Assembly: GCA_964016885.1 (NCBI GenBank)
Contig: OZ024754.1
Location: 16,492,001 to 16,556,000, forward strand
Reading direction: 5' to 3'
Source of the DNA: Eledone cirrhosa
Taxonomy: Eukaryota
DNA length: 64,000 nucleotides
In this document: one piece after another, positions 38,801 through 51,639 of the stretch
Layout: the number at the start of each line of letters is the position of its first letter
How positions within the stretch are numbered: the stretch's first letter is position 1
Notes under the pieces: model-generated
The model's input: only the letters and a program-made list of their open reading frames with translations
Databases searched by the model: none
Told to the model about the DNA's origin: nothing
Translations under genes and position numbers: made by a program

Positions 38801-41800
38801 CCTCTCCTATCTCTCCCCCATCTCTCCCTCTCCTATCTCTCCCTCTCCTATCTCCCCCCATCTCTCTCTCTCCTATCTCTCCCCCAATCTCTCTCTCTCT
38901 CCTCTCATACCTCTCTCTCTCTCTCTTATCTCTCCCCCATCTCTTCCTCTCCTATCTCTCCCCCCATCTCTTCCTCTCCTATCTCTCCCCCCATCTCTTC
39001 CTCTCCTATCTCTCCCCCCATCTCTCTCTCTCCTATCTCTCCCCCATCTCCCTCTCTCTCCTATCTCTTCCCCCATCTCTCTCTCTCTCCTATCTCTCCC
39101 CCATCTCTCTCTCTCCTATCTCTCCCCCCATCTCTCTCTCTCCTATCTCTCCCCCATCTCTCTCTCTCCTATCTCTCCCCCCATCTATCTCTTATCTCTC
39201 CCCCATCTCTTCCTCTCCTATCTCTCCCCCATCTCTTCCTCTCCTATCTCTCCCCCCATCTCTTCCTCTCCTATCTCTCCCCCATCTCTCTCTCTCCTAT
39301 CTCTCCCCCATCTCTCTCTCTCCTATCTCTCCCCCATCTCTTCCTCTCCTATCTCTCCCCCCATCTCTCTCCTATCTCTCCCCATCACTCTCTCTCTCCT
39401 AACTCTCCCCCATCTCTCTCTCTCCTATCTCTCCTCCATCTCTCTCTCTCCTATCTCTCCCCCATCTCTTCCTCTCCTATCTCTCCCCCTATCTCTTCCT
39501 CTCCTATCTCTCCCCCCATCTCTCTCTCTCCTATCTCCCCCCCCATCTCTTCCTCTCCTATCTCTCCCCATCACTCTCTCTCTCCTAACTCTCCCCCATC
39601 TCTCTCTCTCCTATCTCTCCCCCATCTCCCTCTCTCCTATCTCTCCCCCATCTCCCTCTCTCTCCTATCTCTTCCCCCATCTCTCTCTCTCTCCTATCTC
39701 TCCCCCATCTCTATCTCTCCCCCCATCTCTCTCTCTTATCTCTCCCCCCATCTCTCTCTCCCTCCTATCTCTCTCTCCCTCCTATCTCTCCCCCATCTCT
39801 CTCTCCTATCTCTCCCCCATCTCTCTCTCTTATCTCTCCCCCATCTCTCTCTCTCTCCTATCTCTCCCCCCATCTCTCTCTCTTATCTCTCCCCCCATCT
39901 CTCTCTCTCCCTCCTATATCTCCCCCCATCTCTTCTTCTCCTATCTCCCCCCTTCTCTCCCTCTCCTATCTCTCCCACCATCTCTTCCTCTTTTATCTCT
40001 CCCCCCATCTCTTCCTCTCCTATCTTTCCCCCATCTCTTCCTCTCCTATCTTTCCCCCATCTCTCCCTCTCCTATCTCTCCCCATCTCTCCCTCTCCTAC
40101 CCCTCCCCATCTCTCCCTCTCCTACCCCTCCCCCATCTCTCTCTCCTACCACTCCCCCATCTCTCTCTCCTACCCCTCCCCCATCTCTCTCCTGTCTCTC
40201 CCCCCATCTCTCTCTCTTATCTCTCCCCCCATCTCTCCCTCTCCTATCTCTCCCCCATCTCTTCCTCTCCTATCTCTCTCCTTCTCTCTTCCTCCCCTAT
40301 CTCTCCCCCATCTCTCCCTCTCCTATCTCTCCCCCATCTCTTCCTCTCCTATCTCCCCCTTCTCTCCCTCTCCTATCTCTCCCACCATCTCTTCCTCTCC
40401 TATCTCTCCCCCATCTCTTCCTCTCCTATCTCTCCCACCATCTCTTCCTCTCCTATCTCTCCCCCCATCTCTTCCTCTCCTATCTCTGCCACCATCTCTC
40501 CCTCTCCTATCTTCCCCCTTCTCTCCCTCTCCTATCTCTCCCCCCACCATCTCTCCCTCTCCTATCTTCCCCCTTCTCTCCCTCTCCTATCTCTCCCCCC
40601 ACCATCTCTTCCTCTCCTATCTCTCCCCCATCTCTCCCTCTCCTATCTCTCCCTCCATCTATTCCTCTCCTATCTCCCCCCTTCTCTCCCTCTCCTATCT
40701 CTCCCACCATCTCTTCCTCTCCTATCTCCCCCCTTCTCTCCCTCTCCTATCTCTCCCCCACCATCTCTCCCTCTCCTATCTTCCCCCTTCTCTCCCTCTC
40801 CTATCTCTCCCACCATCTCTTCCTCTCCTATCTCCCCCCTTCTCTCCCTCTCCTATCTCTCCCCCCACCATCTCTCCCTCTCCTATCTTCCCCCTTCTCT
40901 CCCTCTCCTATCTCTCCCAACCCACCACACCTCCCTCTCCTATCTTCCCCCTTCTCTCCCTCTCCTATCTCTCCCCCCACCATCTCTTCCTCTCCTATCT
41001 CCCCCCTTCTCTCCCTCTCCTATCTCTCCCCCCCATCTCTTCCTCTCCTATCTCTCCCCCATCTCTCCCTCTCCTATCTCTCCCACCATCTCTTCCTCTC
41101 CTATCTCTCCCCCCCATCTCTTCCTCTCCTATCTCTCCCACCATCTCTCCCTCTCCTATCTTCCCCCTTCTCTCCCTCTCCTATCTCTCCACCATCTCTC
41201 CCTCTCCTATCTCTCCCACCATCTCTTCCTCTCCTATCTTCCCCCTTCTCTCCCTCTCCTATCTCTCCCCCCATCTTCCTCTCCTATCTCCCCCCTTCTC
41301 TCCCTCTCCTATCTCTCCCCCCATCTCTTCCTCTCCTATCTCTGCCACCATCTCTTCCTCTCCTATCTCCCCCCTTCTCTCCCTCTCCTATCTCTCCCAC
41401 CATCTCTTCCTCTCCTATCTCCCCCCTTCTCTCCCTCTCCTATCTCTCCCCCCATCTCTTCCTCTCCTATCTCTGCCACCATCTCTTCCTCTCCTATCTC
41501 CCCCCTTCTCTCCCTCTCCTATCTCTCCCACCATCTCTTCCTCTCCTATCTCCCCCCTTCTCTCCCTCTCCTATCTCTCCCCCCCATCTCTTCCTCTCCT
41601 ATCTCTCCCCCATCTCTCCCTCTCCTATCTCTCCCACCATCTCTTCCTCTCCTATCTCTCCCCCCACTCTCTTCCCCCCTCCCCCATCTCTTCCTCTCCT
41701 ATCTCTCCACCATCTCTTCCTCTCCTATCTCTCCCACCATCTCTCCCTCTCCTATCTTCCCCTTCTCTCCCTCTCCTATCTCTCCCACCATCTCTCCCTC

Positions 41801-42870
41801 TCCTATCTCTCCCACCATCTCTTCCTCTCCTATCTTCCCCCTTCTCTCCCTCTCCTATCTCTCCCCCCCATCTCTTCCTCTCCTATCTCCCCCCTTCTCT
41901 CCCTCTCCTATCTCTCCCCCCATCTCTTCCTCTCCTATCTCTGCCACCATCTCTCCCTCTCCTATCTCCCCCCTTCTCTCCCTCTCCTATCTCTCCCACC
42001 ATCTCTTCCTCTCCTATCTCCCCCCTTCTCTCCATCTCCTATCTCTCCCCCCATCTCTTCCTCTCCTATCTCTCCCCCATCTCTCCCTCTCCTATCTCTC
42101 CCACCATCTCTTCCTCTCCTATCTCTCCCCCATCTCTCCCTCTCCTATCTCTCCCCCATCTCTCCCTCTCCTATCTCTCCCCCATCTCTCCCTCTCCTAT
42201 CTCTCCCACTCCTATCTCTCCCACCATCTCTTCCTCTCCTATCTCTCACCTTCTCTCTTCCTCTCCTATCTCTGCCACCATCTCTTCCTCTCCTATCTAT
42301 CCCCCCATCTCTTCCTCTCCTATCTCTCCCCCCATCTCTCCCTCCCCTATCTCTCCCCCCATCTCTCCCTCCCCTATCTCTCCCCCCATCTCTCCCTCTC
42401 CTATCTCTCCCCATCTCTTCCTCCCCTATCTCTCACCCCATCTCTCCCACTCCTATCTCTCCCACCATCTCTTCCTCTCCTATCTCTCACCTTCTCTCTT
42501 CCTCTCCTATCTCTCCCCCCATATCTTCCTCTCCTATCTCTCCCACCATCTCTTCCTCCCCTATCTCTCACCCCATCTCTCCCACTCCTATCTCTCCCAC
42601 CATCTCTTCTTCTCCTATCTCTCACCTTCTCTCTTCCTCCCCTATCTCTCCCCCCATCTCTCCCTCTCCTATCTCTCCCCCCATCTCTCCCTCTCCTATC
42701 TCTCCCCATCTCTTCCTCCCCTATCTCTCCCACCATCTCTTCCTCTCCTATCTCTCCCCCATCTCTCCCTCTCCTATCTCTCCCCCCATCTCTCCCTCTC
42801 CTATCTCTCCCCCCATCTCTCCCTCTCCTATCTCTCCCCCACCTCTCCCCACCTCTCCCTCCCACCACCA
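35808..42870. repeat. 7-kb polypyrimidine/polypurine minisatellite (ctcctatctctcccccatct-type units, ~22-28 bp)
   Basis: The plus strand is almost entirely C/T with periodic A and very few G. Confidence 0.97.
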
Positions 42871-43043
42871 CTACTGTGTCTCAATGTCTTATACTGGGAG
42901 AGAACTATTGCTTACCTTGAAATAACAGACAGGAGATAAAGTTAAAGAAATTCCAGGAAATATTTTGGATATTAAAAACAAAAACAAAAAATAATAATTT
43001 CAATAAAAGGAATTTAATTAACATAAGGCTGAGGAGGTTTGAT

Positions 43044-43096
<53 letters not shown>

Positions 43097-43377
43097 GCCG
43101 TCGTCGTCATCCTCCTCCTCCTACCCCCTCCCCAGCCACCTTCCCCTCCTCCTAATAACTTTTGTCACCAGAAATTCTGTTTCTTCCAACAGAATAACTC
43201 ACTCAATATTTTTACTGATTTATACACTTAAAAGAACTTTATTTCTATATCTGCAATTTATTTTGAATCCTTAAAAGATTCATTTCAAATAACAAGTAAT
43301 TATTTAGATAAGGGAAGTGAATTAAGAAAACAGAACTAAATTTTTAGCTAAGCTTCACACTATTAATTACTGAAAAA

Positions 43378-43570
43378 GGGCGGTGGATTGGCAGTATCGG
43401 TAGAGGGTCGGACGCCATGCTTTGACGCATAGAGTTACGGCCCTTGCCATTCTGAGTTCAAATCCCGCCAAGGTTAACTTTGGCTTTCATCCTTACGGGG
43501 TCGATAAAATAAAGTACCAGTAATGCACTGGGATAATTGCTGGCCTTGTGCCAAAAGTAGAAACAATTAT
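43378..43570 (+). mobile_element. SINE family B
   Basis: Full-length homolog of 5199-5392. Confidence 0.85.
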
Positions 43571-43889
43571 ATCTAATCTATGAGATTTTGATATTATTTA
43601 TTTTAGGGACAATACCTTAACATAAGTATGAGTGTCCAGTTACAGCCAGTTTGAACAGAAAGAGGTTAGAGAATTCTGGCTGGATATAGCTGGTTTAAAT
43701 GCTAAAAGGTTAAATTAAATTTTACAATCCATTTCCTATTGTCTTAACCTTCTTAAAACATCATTTTCTACATTATACACTTTATTTCACGTTGCTCCAA
43801 ATATATCCCTTGCTAGCAGGGAAAGTGGATGTTAAAACGATGATGATGATATAAATATATATGTATGTGTATGTGTGTATATATATATC

Positions 43890-44175
43890 ATCATCATCAT
43901 CATCACATTTTAATTCCGTTCTTCCACGCTAGCATGGGTCAGACGGGTTGTCCTGTTGTGGGCAGTAGCCGGTCGGCTGACCTTGCCTTGCTCATACGGG
44001 AACTGATTCTGGCTTGATTTCTACAGCCGGATGCCCTTCCTAACACCAACCTCATTTACAGTGAGTGCAGGGTAATTTTTTTCCGTGGCGCCTACACGTC
44101 CACTTTACAGTGTGGGCTGGGTGCTTTTTTGCTGTGGCACCTTCACGACCACTTTGCAGTGGGAGGGGTTGGGGG
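43890..44175 (-). mobile_element. RTE 3'-UTR fragment
   Basis: Closely matches 9335-9615. Confidence 0.85.
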
Positions 44176-44306
44176 CATTTATATATATATCTCATCATCA
44201 TCATCATCACCGTTTAACATCCATTTTTCCACTATGGCAGGGGTTAGAAGAGTTATCCTGTTGTGAGCAATGCTAGTTCAGGTGACCATGTCATGCAGAT
44301 ATAGAA

Positions 44307-45081
44307 CAGGGTGTGGACGATATCTGTTCACTCGATAAACCCACCATTGGCTTTGATGACGGCCTCAAGATGGCCTCGGAACCGGCTACAGGCCTTCATC
44401 ACTGTCCCCCGACTTAGGCCCCTAAAGGCACTTGTGATCCTGGCCTTCAGATCGTCTTTCGTATTGCAGCTAGATCTGTTGGGGTCTCGTTCCACTGCGC
44501 CCCACACAAAGAAGTCGAGGGGTTTGCAGTCAGGCGAGCTGGGAGGCCAGATGTCAGGTGAAGTGTGGTCGACGAAGTTCTCTGACAGCCAGGCTTGGGT
44601 CTTTGGCTGGTATGGCAGGGCATGAGTCTTGCTGCCACACGTATGGCCTACTTGCAGCTACCTGGTCGATCCAGGGCTTTACTACCTCGCCCAGAACGCG
44701 GATGTAGCCATCGGTGTTCAGCTTGAGGCCCTCAGGGAAGAAGTGAGGTGGCATGACGTCACCTTGACTGCTGACGACACCTAAGACCAATGTTGTCTGT
44801 ATGACTCTGGGCACGTCTTTGGATGAGCCACCTGTTGTTCTGGGAGTTGATCTTCTGGTCTTATTTGTCCTCCCGGTGCGGATTCCAAGAAGAACTCCGT
44901 GTCTCTTCCACAAATTTGGAGGTTCAAAATTATTCATAATCAATTATTCTGAAAATAAATAATGGAAATATAGTCACTGTTTTTATGAAGACAAGAGTGA
45001 CAACGGAAGTAAAAAAAATTTGCATAAAATTAGCATAAAATTAGCAGTTGAAAATTGCGAACAAATATCGTCCCCACCCTG
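44307..45081 (-). mobile_element. Internally deleted Tc1/mariner DNA transposon, DD37D (maT)-like
   Basis: TIRs cagggtgtggacgatatctgttc and gaacaaatatcgtccccaccctg-TA. Transposase remnant VLGVVSS.GDVMPPHFF...YVWQQDS...IWPPSSPDCKPLDFFVWG, with about 37 residues between the last two Asp after allowing for frameshifts. Confidence 0.88.
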
Positions 45082-45240
45082 TATATATATATATAAAGAT
45101 GAAAATGCAAAGTTGAAGATGTTAGGGTCCTTTATTAATTGAGCCATTATACATATTTCCATGACGATAGATATCGTGATTTCTTCAGACAGCAAATATT
45201 TTATGTTGGATGCTAAAAGTGAATTGCATCCTTCTATAGC

Positions 45241-45281
<41 letters not shown>

Positions 45282-45442
45282 AATATATTTATCATTTATA
45301 CACACACACATACATGTGTATATATATATATATATATATATACACAAATATATTTATCATTTATACACACACACATATATGTGTATATATATATGTATAT
45401 ATATATATATATCATCATCGTTTAACGTCCATTTTCCACGCT

Positions 45443-45562
<120 letters not shown>

Positions 45563-45569
45563 AATAAAT

Positions 45570-45757
45570 AATTGTTTCTACTTTTGGCACAAGGCCAGCA
45601 ATTACCCAGTACATTACTGGTACTTTATTTTATCGACCCCGTAAGGATGAAAGGCAAAGTTAACCTCAGCGGGATTTGAACTCAGACCATAAAGGGCCGT
45701 AACTCTATGCTGCAAAGCATGGCGTCATACACTCTACCCATACTGCCAATCCACCAC
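45570..45757 (-). mobile_element. SINE family B
   Basis: Reverse-complement homolog of 5199-5392. Confidence 0.85.
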
Positions 45758-45957
45758 ATAAAAAAATAAATAATGCATATGTATGTGTATATTTATATAC
45801 ATATATGTGTGTGTATATATCGTCCAACCCATGCTAACATGGAAATGAATTGCAAGTGCAGCTGAGGAGATTGGAGCAACGTGAAATAAAGTGTATAATG
45901 TAGAAAATGATGTTTTAAGAAGGTTAAGACAATAGGAAATGGATTGTAAAATTTAAT

Positions 45958-46367
45958 TTAACCTTTTAGCATTTAAACCAGCTATATCCAGCCAGAATTC
46001 TCTAACCTCTTTCTGTTCAAACTGGCTGTAACTGGACACTCATACTTATGTTAAGGTATTGTCCCTAAAATAAATAATATCAAAATCTCATAGATTAGAT
46101 ATAATTGTTTCTACTTTTGGCACAAGGCCAGCAATTATCTCAGTGTATTACTGGTACTTTTATTTTATCGACCCCGTAAGGATGAAAGGCAAAGTTAAAC
46201 CTTGGCGGGATTTGAACTCAGAATGGCAAGGGCCGTAACTCTATGCGTCAAAGCATGGTGTCCGACCCTCTACCGATACTGCCAATGTGAGATAATTATG
46301 TGAGGTAAAGTGTTTACTGTGAAAATACAATAGTAAATATAGAGTAATGTAAATGGTAAAGGGTTAA
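45958..46367 (+). mobile_element. piggyBac-like MITE interrupted by a minus-strand family B SINE (46102-46286)
   Basis: ttaa-ccttttagcattta ... taaatggtaaaggg-ttaa; the MITE sequence resumes after the SINE. Confidence 0.85.
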
Positions 46368-46953
46368 ATGAAGGCAATGAAGATGTTTGTGTATTACCTG
46401 GTAATTCTTCTTATTTTTTTCTGTCCTAATATAAACTAATAAGAACTATGTCATCAGTACATGGGAATCCTCATGGATAGCTGGTCTTGAACTCTTCAGC
46501 TATGTCCTGGGGGACTATGATATGGAGGACATAATACTTTGGGACTTAAAAGTGTCTTGCTTAAGGACACAATGTTGGGAATTGAACTCACAATTTTACT
46601 TTCATGAGCCAAACACTCTAACCATTAAGCTACACCAATGAAATGAACTAATCAGATTTAGTATTTAGTTAGTGTTTCTCTGTAATTAGCAAACAGCCTT
46701 ATTCTTGCAGTAGCTTTATATATTTTTAATTCAGTAAGCTAATTATTTCATGTCAGATTTTTAAATTTCTGTTTTCTGCATTCCTAATTACACTATGTTA
46801 TATTTTTTTATATTTGTGTTTTGTAACAATCGAAATTAACAAGCCAGAGTACTTTTTCATCTCCTTATTTTCTAAGTTGCAGTCCTCTAGTCTACATTTT
46901 CCACAGATATATATGATTTCTTCATTTTTTTTTATTTGACAACTAAATCAAAT

Positions 46954-47198
46954 TTAACACTTTCGATTACCATATTTTTAATGTAAAAAAAAAAATGATT
47001 TAAAAATAATTTTGAAAATAATCAAGAATTTAGAGTTTTTTTTAATATAAATAACTTTATCGTTATTAAGCTGGTTTGGAACTTAACTGCATAACCTGAA
47101 TATTCTGATATAAAATTATAATAGAAAGTTTTTAATTAAATATTAACATTTTAAAATAAAAGAAACAGTTTCAGGCAGTGTGGTACCAAATATGGTAA
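46954..47198 (+). mobile_element. Degenerate second TTAA-type MITE
   Basis: Left end ttaacactttcgattaccatattt; right end degenerate (ggtaccaaatatggtaa). Confidence 0.4.
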
Positions 47199-47276
47199 GT
47201 GATATTTAACATATTTAGTGTAATACTCTATCATTGTTGATCTATTGAACTCAAAACTCTTTTTCAAATAATTAAG

Positions 47277-47334
<58 letters not shown>

Positions 47335-47534
47335 GACAGATAAGTTTCAAAAAGCCAGTACAGTGCAGTAGAAATATATAAAAGGCAAAGGATGACAAAT
47401 AAAACAAAACAAAGAAATGTTTTACCCAGTATATTTCAACATGATATTTCAGTGCTATAACCCTCTTTTCAAATGTCAAATGGAAATGGTTCAAAACAAA
47501 AATGAATGATTGATGTGTTTTTCCTGAACTGGTT

Positions 47535-47660
47535 TACATGTCTGCTAGCATGATGATGTTTCTTTCATCAGTTTCTGAAGTTGTCTGTAAAAGTTCCTCA
47601 TAGAACCTGTCCTTTTGGTCTTTACTGTGGAGTATATGTCGATCTAACTGTCACCATTCT
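47535..47660 (-). mobile_element. RTE endonuclease fragment
   Basis: KDRFYEELLQTTSETDERNIIMLAD aligns to KDRFYESLMQTTALTNDNDFLIIAG in ORF 11747-12334. Confidence 0.65.
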
Positions 47661-47689
47661 ATTTCATACAGCTATTCTAAGCTTGATGT

Positions 47690-49515
47690 GGATTAAAGAC
47701 ATTGACAGTGTCTTTCATTAAATATATGGTAATAAAAGAGTTAATGACATAGACAATATCTTTCATTGAATATATGGTAATGAAAGAGTTAAAGACATAG
47801 ACAGTGTCTTTCATTGAATATATGGTAATGAAAGAGTTAAAGACATAGACATTCATTGAATATATGGTAATGAAAGAGTTAAAGACATTGACAGTGTCTT
47901 TCATTAAATATATGGTAATGAAAGAGTTAAAGACATTGAATATATGGTAATGAAAGAGTTAAAGACATAGACAGTATCTTATAGCAGTTTGAATAATATT
48001 GTAGAGTTCACCATTTTAGCAATATAATATGCAGTGTTCGCATAAAAGGAATATGTTATTAAATTGTAGTAGCAAGAAATGTAATGTTTTGTTATGTGTG
48101 GCAGTGTTAGCCGAAAGTGAATGTAACGTAGGAGTTGTTGAAGTAAAGATTTTTGGACGCTTGTATTTAATAATGATGGCAATATCTGTATACAACACCT
48201 ACAACGGTACACGATGGGGCCCACCCACAGCCCCGGCGGACAGAATGGAGAAGGCGTTTCCTCGGAGGACGGCAAGGGAGATGCACTGGAAAAGCGAGGC
48301 AGCTCCTGCACCTCCATGCTGCGAGGGCATTGGAACTCGACGAGTCAAGGCAACGCAGGTGAGGTGGTGGAAGCAGCCGCACCCCAAACAGTCCCGGCCC
48401 CTCTTCTGTTTGTTAGTGGTGCCGCAAGTGCTGCAGGTGTCGATTTGGAGGGGTGGGGGATGAGGCGTGGGGCCGGGGACTGGGGCACCGAGCGGCATCA
48501 GGGATAGGTGGCTGGCGTGTGTGGGTGGAAGGAAAAGTGCTGGTAATAGGGCCGCATAGCTCACCGTCGCCACAAGAGAAGAGAATATGGTGGCAGTGGT
48601 AAACGTATTATAAGACTTTATAATTTTTTACATGATTTATTTACTAACCGAAAGGATTAGAAAAGTTGTGCTGGCATGCCAAATAAAGTGAACAAACAAA
48701 TTAAGTGTTATATGCAAAGAAAGCATGGTCCCTAGCCGACATATCGCCGACCAGGCCGGTGTTATAATTTAACATTACATATTGGCAAGTTGTCGACACG
48801 CCAAGGAAAAATGGATGTTTACGTCTTGATGTCAAAGCAGCAACTGGTTTAAAGTGAAACAAAAGAAGCGTGTTTCATCTTGTTTCATCAAGATTATTGT
48901 TACGCGCCCTGAAACAACTCCGCTACAATCTTTCATTAAATATATGGTAATGAAAGGGTTAATGACATAGGCAGTGTCTTTCATTAGAAATATGGTAATG
49001 AAAGGGTTAAAGACATAGGCAGTGTCTTTCATTAGAAATATGGTAATAAAAGGGTTAATGACATAGGCAGTGTCTTTCATTAGAAATATGGTAATAAAAG
49101 GGTTAATGACATAGGCAGTGTCTTTCATTAGAAATATGGTAATGAAAGGGTTAAAGACATAGGCAGTGTCTTTCATTAGAAATATGGTAATAAAAGGGTT
49201 AATGACATAGGCAGTGTCTTTCATTAGAAATATGGTAATGAAAGGGTTAATGACATAGACAGTGTCTTTCATTAGAAATATTGTAATGGAAGAGTTAGAC
49301 ATAGACAGTGTCTTTCATTAGAAATATGGCAATGGAAGGGTTAAAGACATAGTGTCTTTCATTAGAAATATTGTAATGGAAGGGTTAAAGACATAGTGTC
49401 TTTCATTAGAAATATTGTAATGGAAGGGTTAATGACATAGACAGTGTCTTTCATTAGAAATATTGTAATGAAAAGGTTAATGACATAAGCAGTGTCTTTC
49501 ATTAGAAATATGGTT
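47690..49515. repeat. 48-bp minisatellite split by an insertion
   Basis: Unit cagtgtctttcattagaaatatggtaatgaaagggttaatgacatagg at 47690-47979 and 48928-49515. Confidence 0.92.
47980..48927. mobile_element. 948-bp unclassified insertion with 4-bp TSD (solo LTR-like or Ginger-like) containing a PHD-finger remnant
   Basis: ATCT duplicated at 47976-47979 and 48928-48931; termini TATAGC...GCTACA; removing it restores the minisatellite unit. Confidence 0.7.
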
Positions 49516-49739
49516 AAAATTATACCCAGTGTCTTTTGTTGGTTATATCAGGAATAGGCTACCTTTTTCTAATAGTTGGCTTCACGAGATATGACTCATC
49601 ATAAGGCAGGCCACTCTACTAAATAATCCAAGCTAGATTTAGGCATGACATTCAGAAATCCAGATTGCTGTTTGTCCATGAATTATATGGTAACGAAAGA
49701 GTTAAACTCTCCAATATTCCACAACATATCTCCACACCA

Positions 49740-50040
49740 TGGTGAATTGGCAGTATCGGTAGAGAGTCGGACGCCATGCTTTCCAGCGTAGTTACGTCCC
49801 TTTACAGTCTGAGTTCAAATCCCACCGAGGTTAACTTTGCCTTTCATCCTTACAGGGTCGATAAAATAAAGTACCAGTAATGTACTGGATAATTGCTGGC
49901 CTTGTGCCAAAAGTAGAAACAATTATATACAACTCCCGCCGAGGTTGACTTTGCCTTTCAACCTTACGGGGTCGATAAAATAAAGTACCAGTAATGCACT
50001 GGGTAATTGCTGGCCTTGTGCCTAAAGTAGAAACAATTAT
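49740..50040 (+). mobile_element. SINE family B plus a tandem 3'-half copy
   Basis: Full copy at 49740-49928, partial copy at 49933-50040. Confidence 0.85.
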
Positions 50041-50424
50041 ATATAACTCCTACTCAGTATCATTAATATATTTTCATTTGTCCAAACATATATCAATATG
50101 TTTGGACAAATGAAAATACCTAAGATCAATACACCGACTACTTGAGAAACCTTTCCATCAACATGACCAATAGAGACAGTAATACTGATCAGTAAATTGG
50201 AGTGAAGGAGAGAACGGTACTTCTGCAACTGTAGCGATAGTCTAGTTCAATAAAAAGAGTTCTTTTATTTTATTACTGAGGACATGCTGGAGCACTTCCT
50301 TGATTTAGTCAACCACATCAACCACAGTAGTAAGTCTGGCACTTATTTTATTGTTCTTAGTTGAACCGTAAAGTTACGGGGATGCGAACACACACACACA
50401 CACACACGCACACACACGCACACG

Positions 50425-50517
<93 letters not shown>

Positions 50518-50624
50518 TTATGGATCTTATGGATCCATACATACATTTGTAACATATCTTAATGGCCTTAGTCGACTGACTGAAACAAGTAACAGAAGAA
50601 GTAAAGATATGCTAAACTTTTGTA

Positions 50625-50826
50625 TTAACCCTTTAGCATTTTAAACTGGCCAGAATTCTCTCACCTCTTTCTATTCAAACCAGCTGCTCATACTTATGTT
50701 AAGGTATTGTTCTCAAAACAAATAATCTCACAGATTCAATATTATGTGAGATAATTAAGTGAGAGAAAGTGTTTACCATGAAAATACAATAGTAAATATA
50801 AAGTAATGTAAATGCTAAAGAGTTAA
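50625..50826 (+). mobile_element. piggyBac-like MITE
   Basis: ttaa-ccctttagcattt ... aaatgctaaagag-ttaa. Confidence 0.85.
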
Positions 50827-51417
50827 ACCCTTTTTTAAAATACATTTCCTGCTAAATCATTACAGGGTGTGAAGAGTTAAAATTTATTTCTATTGAAAAT
50901 ATTTTGGCTTATTTTATCTTGAAATCATCAATTCCATAACACTGGGTGCTGGTATTTTATTATTTAATTTCAATAGAACTTGGAGAAAAAAATGTGAATG
51001 GCACAGAAGTAAATAACGCCATGAAACATTTTTTTTTTTGCTCTGAGTTCACAGAGAACAATGAGTATGAAGTCAAAAGATTGAATTTGATGTATCTTTA
51101 TTATTGTCAATTTGGAATAGAAGAACGTGGCTCATTAAGAAGAAATGTAGAAGTTTGAAAATGAAGAAAAGATTTGAGTTAGTTGACAGTTTATAGAAAA
51201 GGCAACTCATTAGTAGCAACTACAGCTATTGGAAACTTAGTGTCAAAACTATTTCTAGCTATGTAGATCAAACTTCATCAATAAATACCATAAGTATAAT
51301 TCAATTGGCTTGTGTAGAATAATTGCTGAATCTAGTTTCTTTTATGAGGTTTATCATGGCACTAAACTAATAAGATCTATGCCATCAGTGAATTGGAAGC
51401 CTCATGGATAGCTGGTC

Positions 51418-51639
51418 TTAACCCATTAGCATTTAAACCGGCCATATCCAACCAGAAATCTCTTTCTGTTCAAACAGGCCATAACTGGCTGCTCATACTG
51501 ATGTTAAGGTATTGTTCTCAAAATAAATAATATCAAAATCTCGTAGATTCGATATTATGTGAGATAATTATGTGAGATAAAGCCTTTACCACAAAAATAC
51601 AATAGTATATATAGAGTAACATAAATGCAAAAGGGTTAA
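51418..51639 (+). mobile_element. piggyBac-like MITE with TTAA TSD
   Basis: ttaa-cccattagcattta ... taaatgcaaaaggg-ttaa; a paralogous empty site is present at 46430-46520. Confidence 0.88.

Noticed and set aside
35796-42920. 2374-aa Ser/Pro/Leu ORF
   Set aside because: Stop codons are nearly impossible in a G-free strand with few AA dinucleotides. The repeat is read in shifting frames and there is no domain signal.
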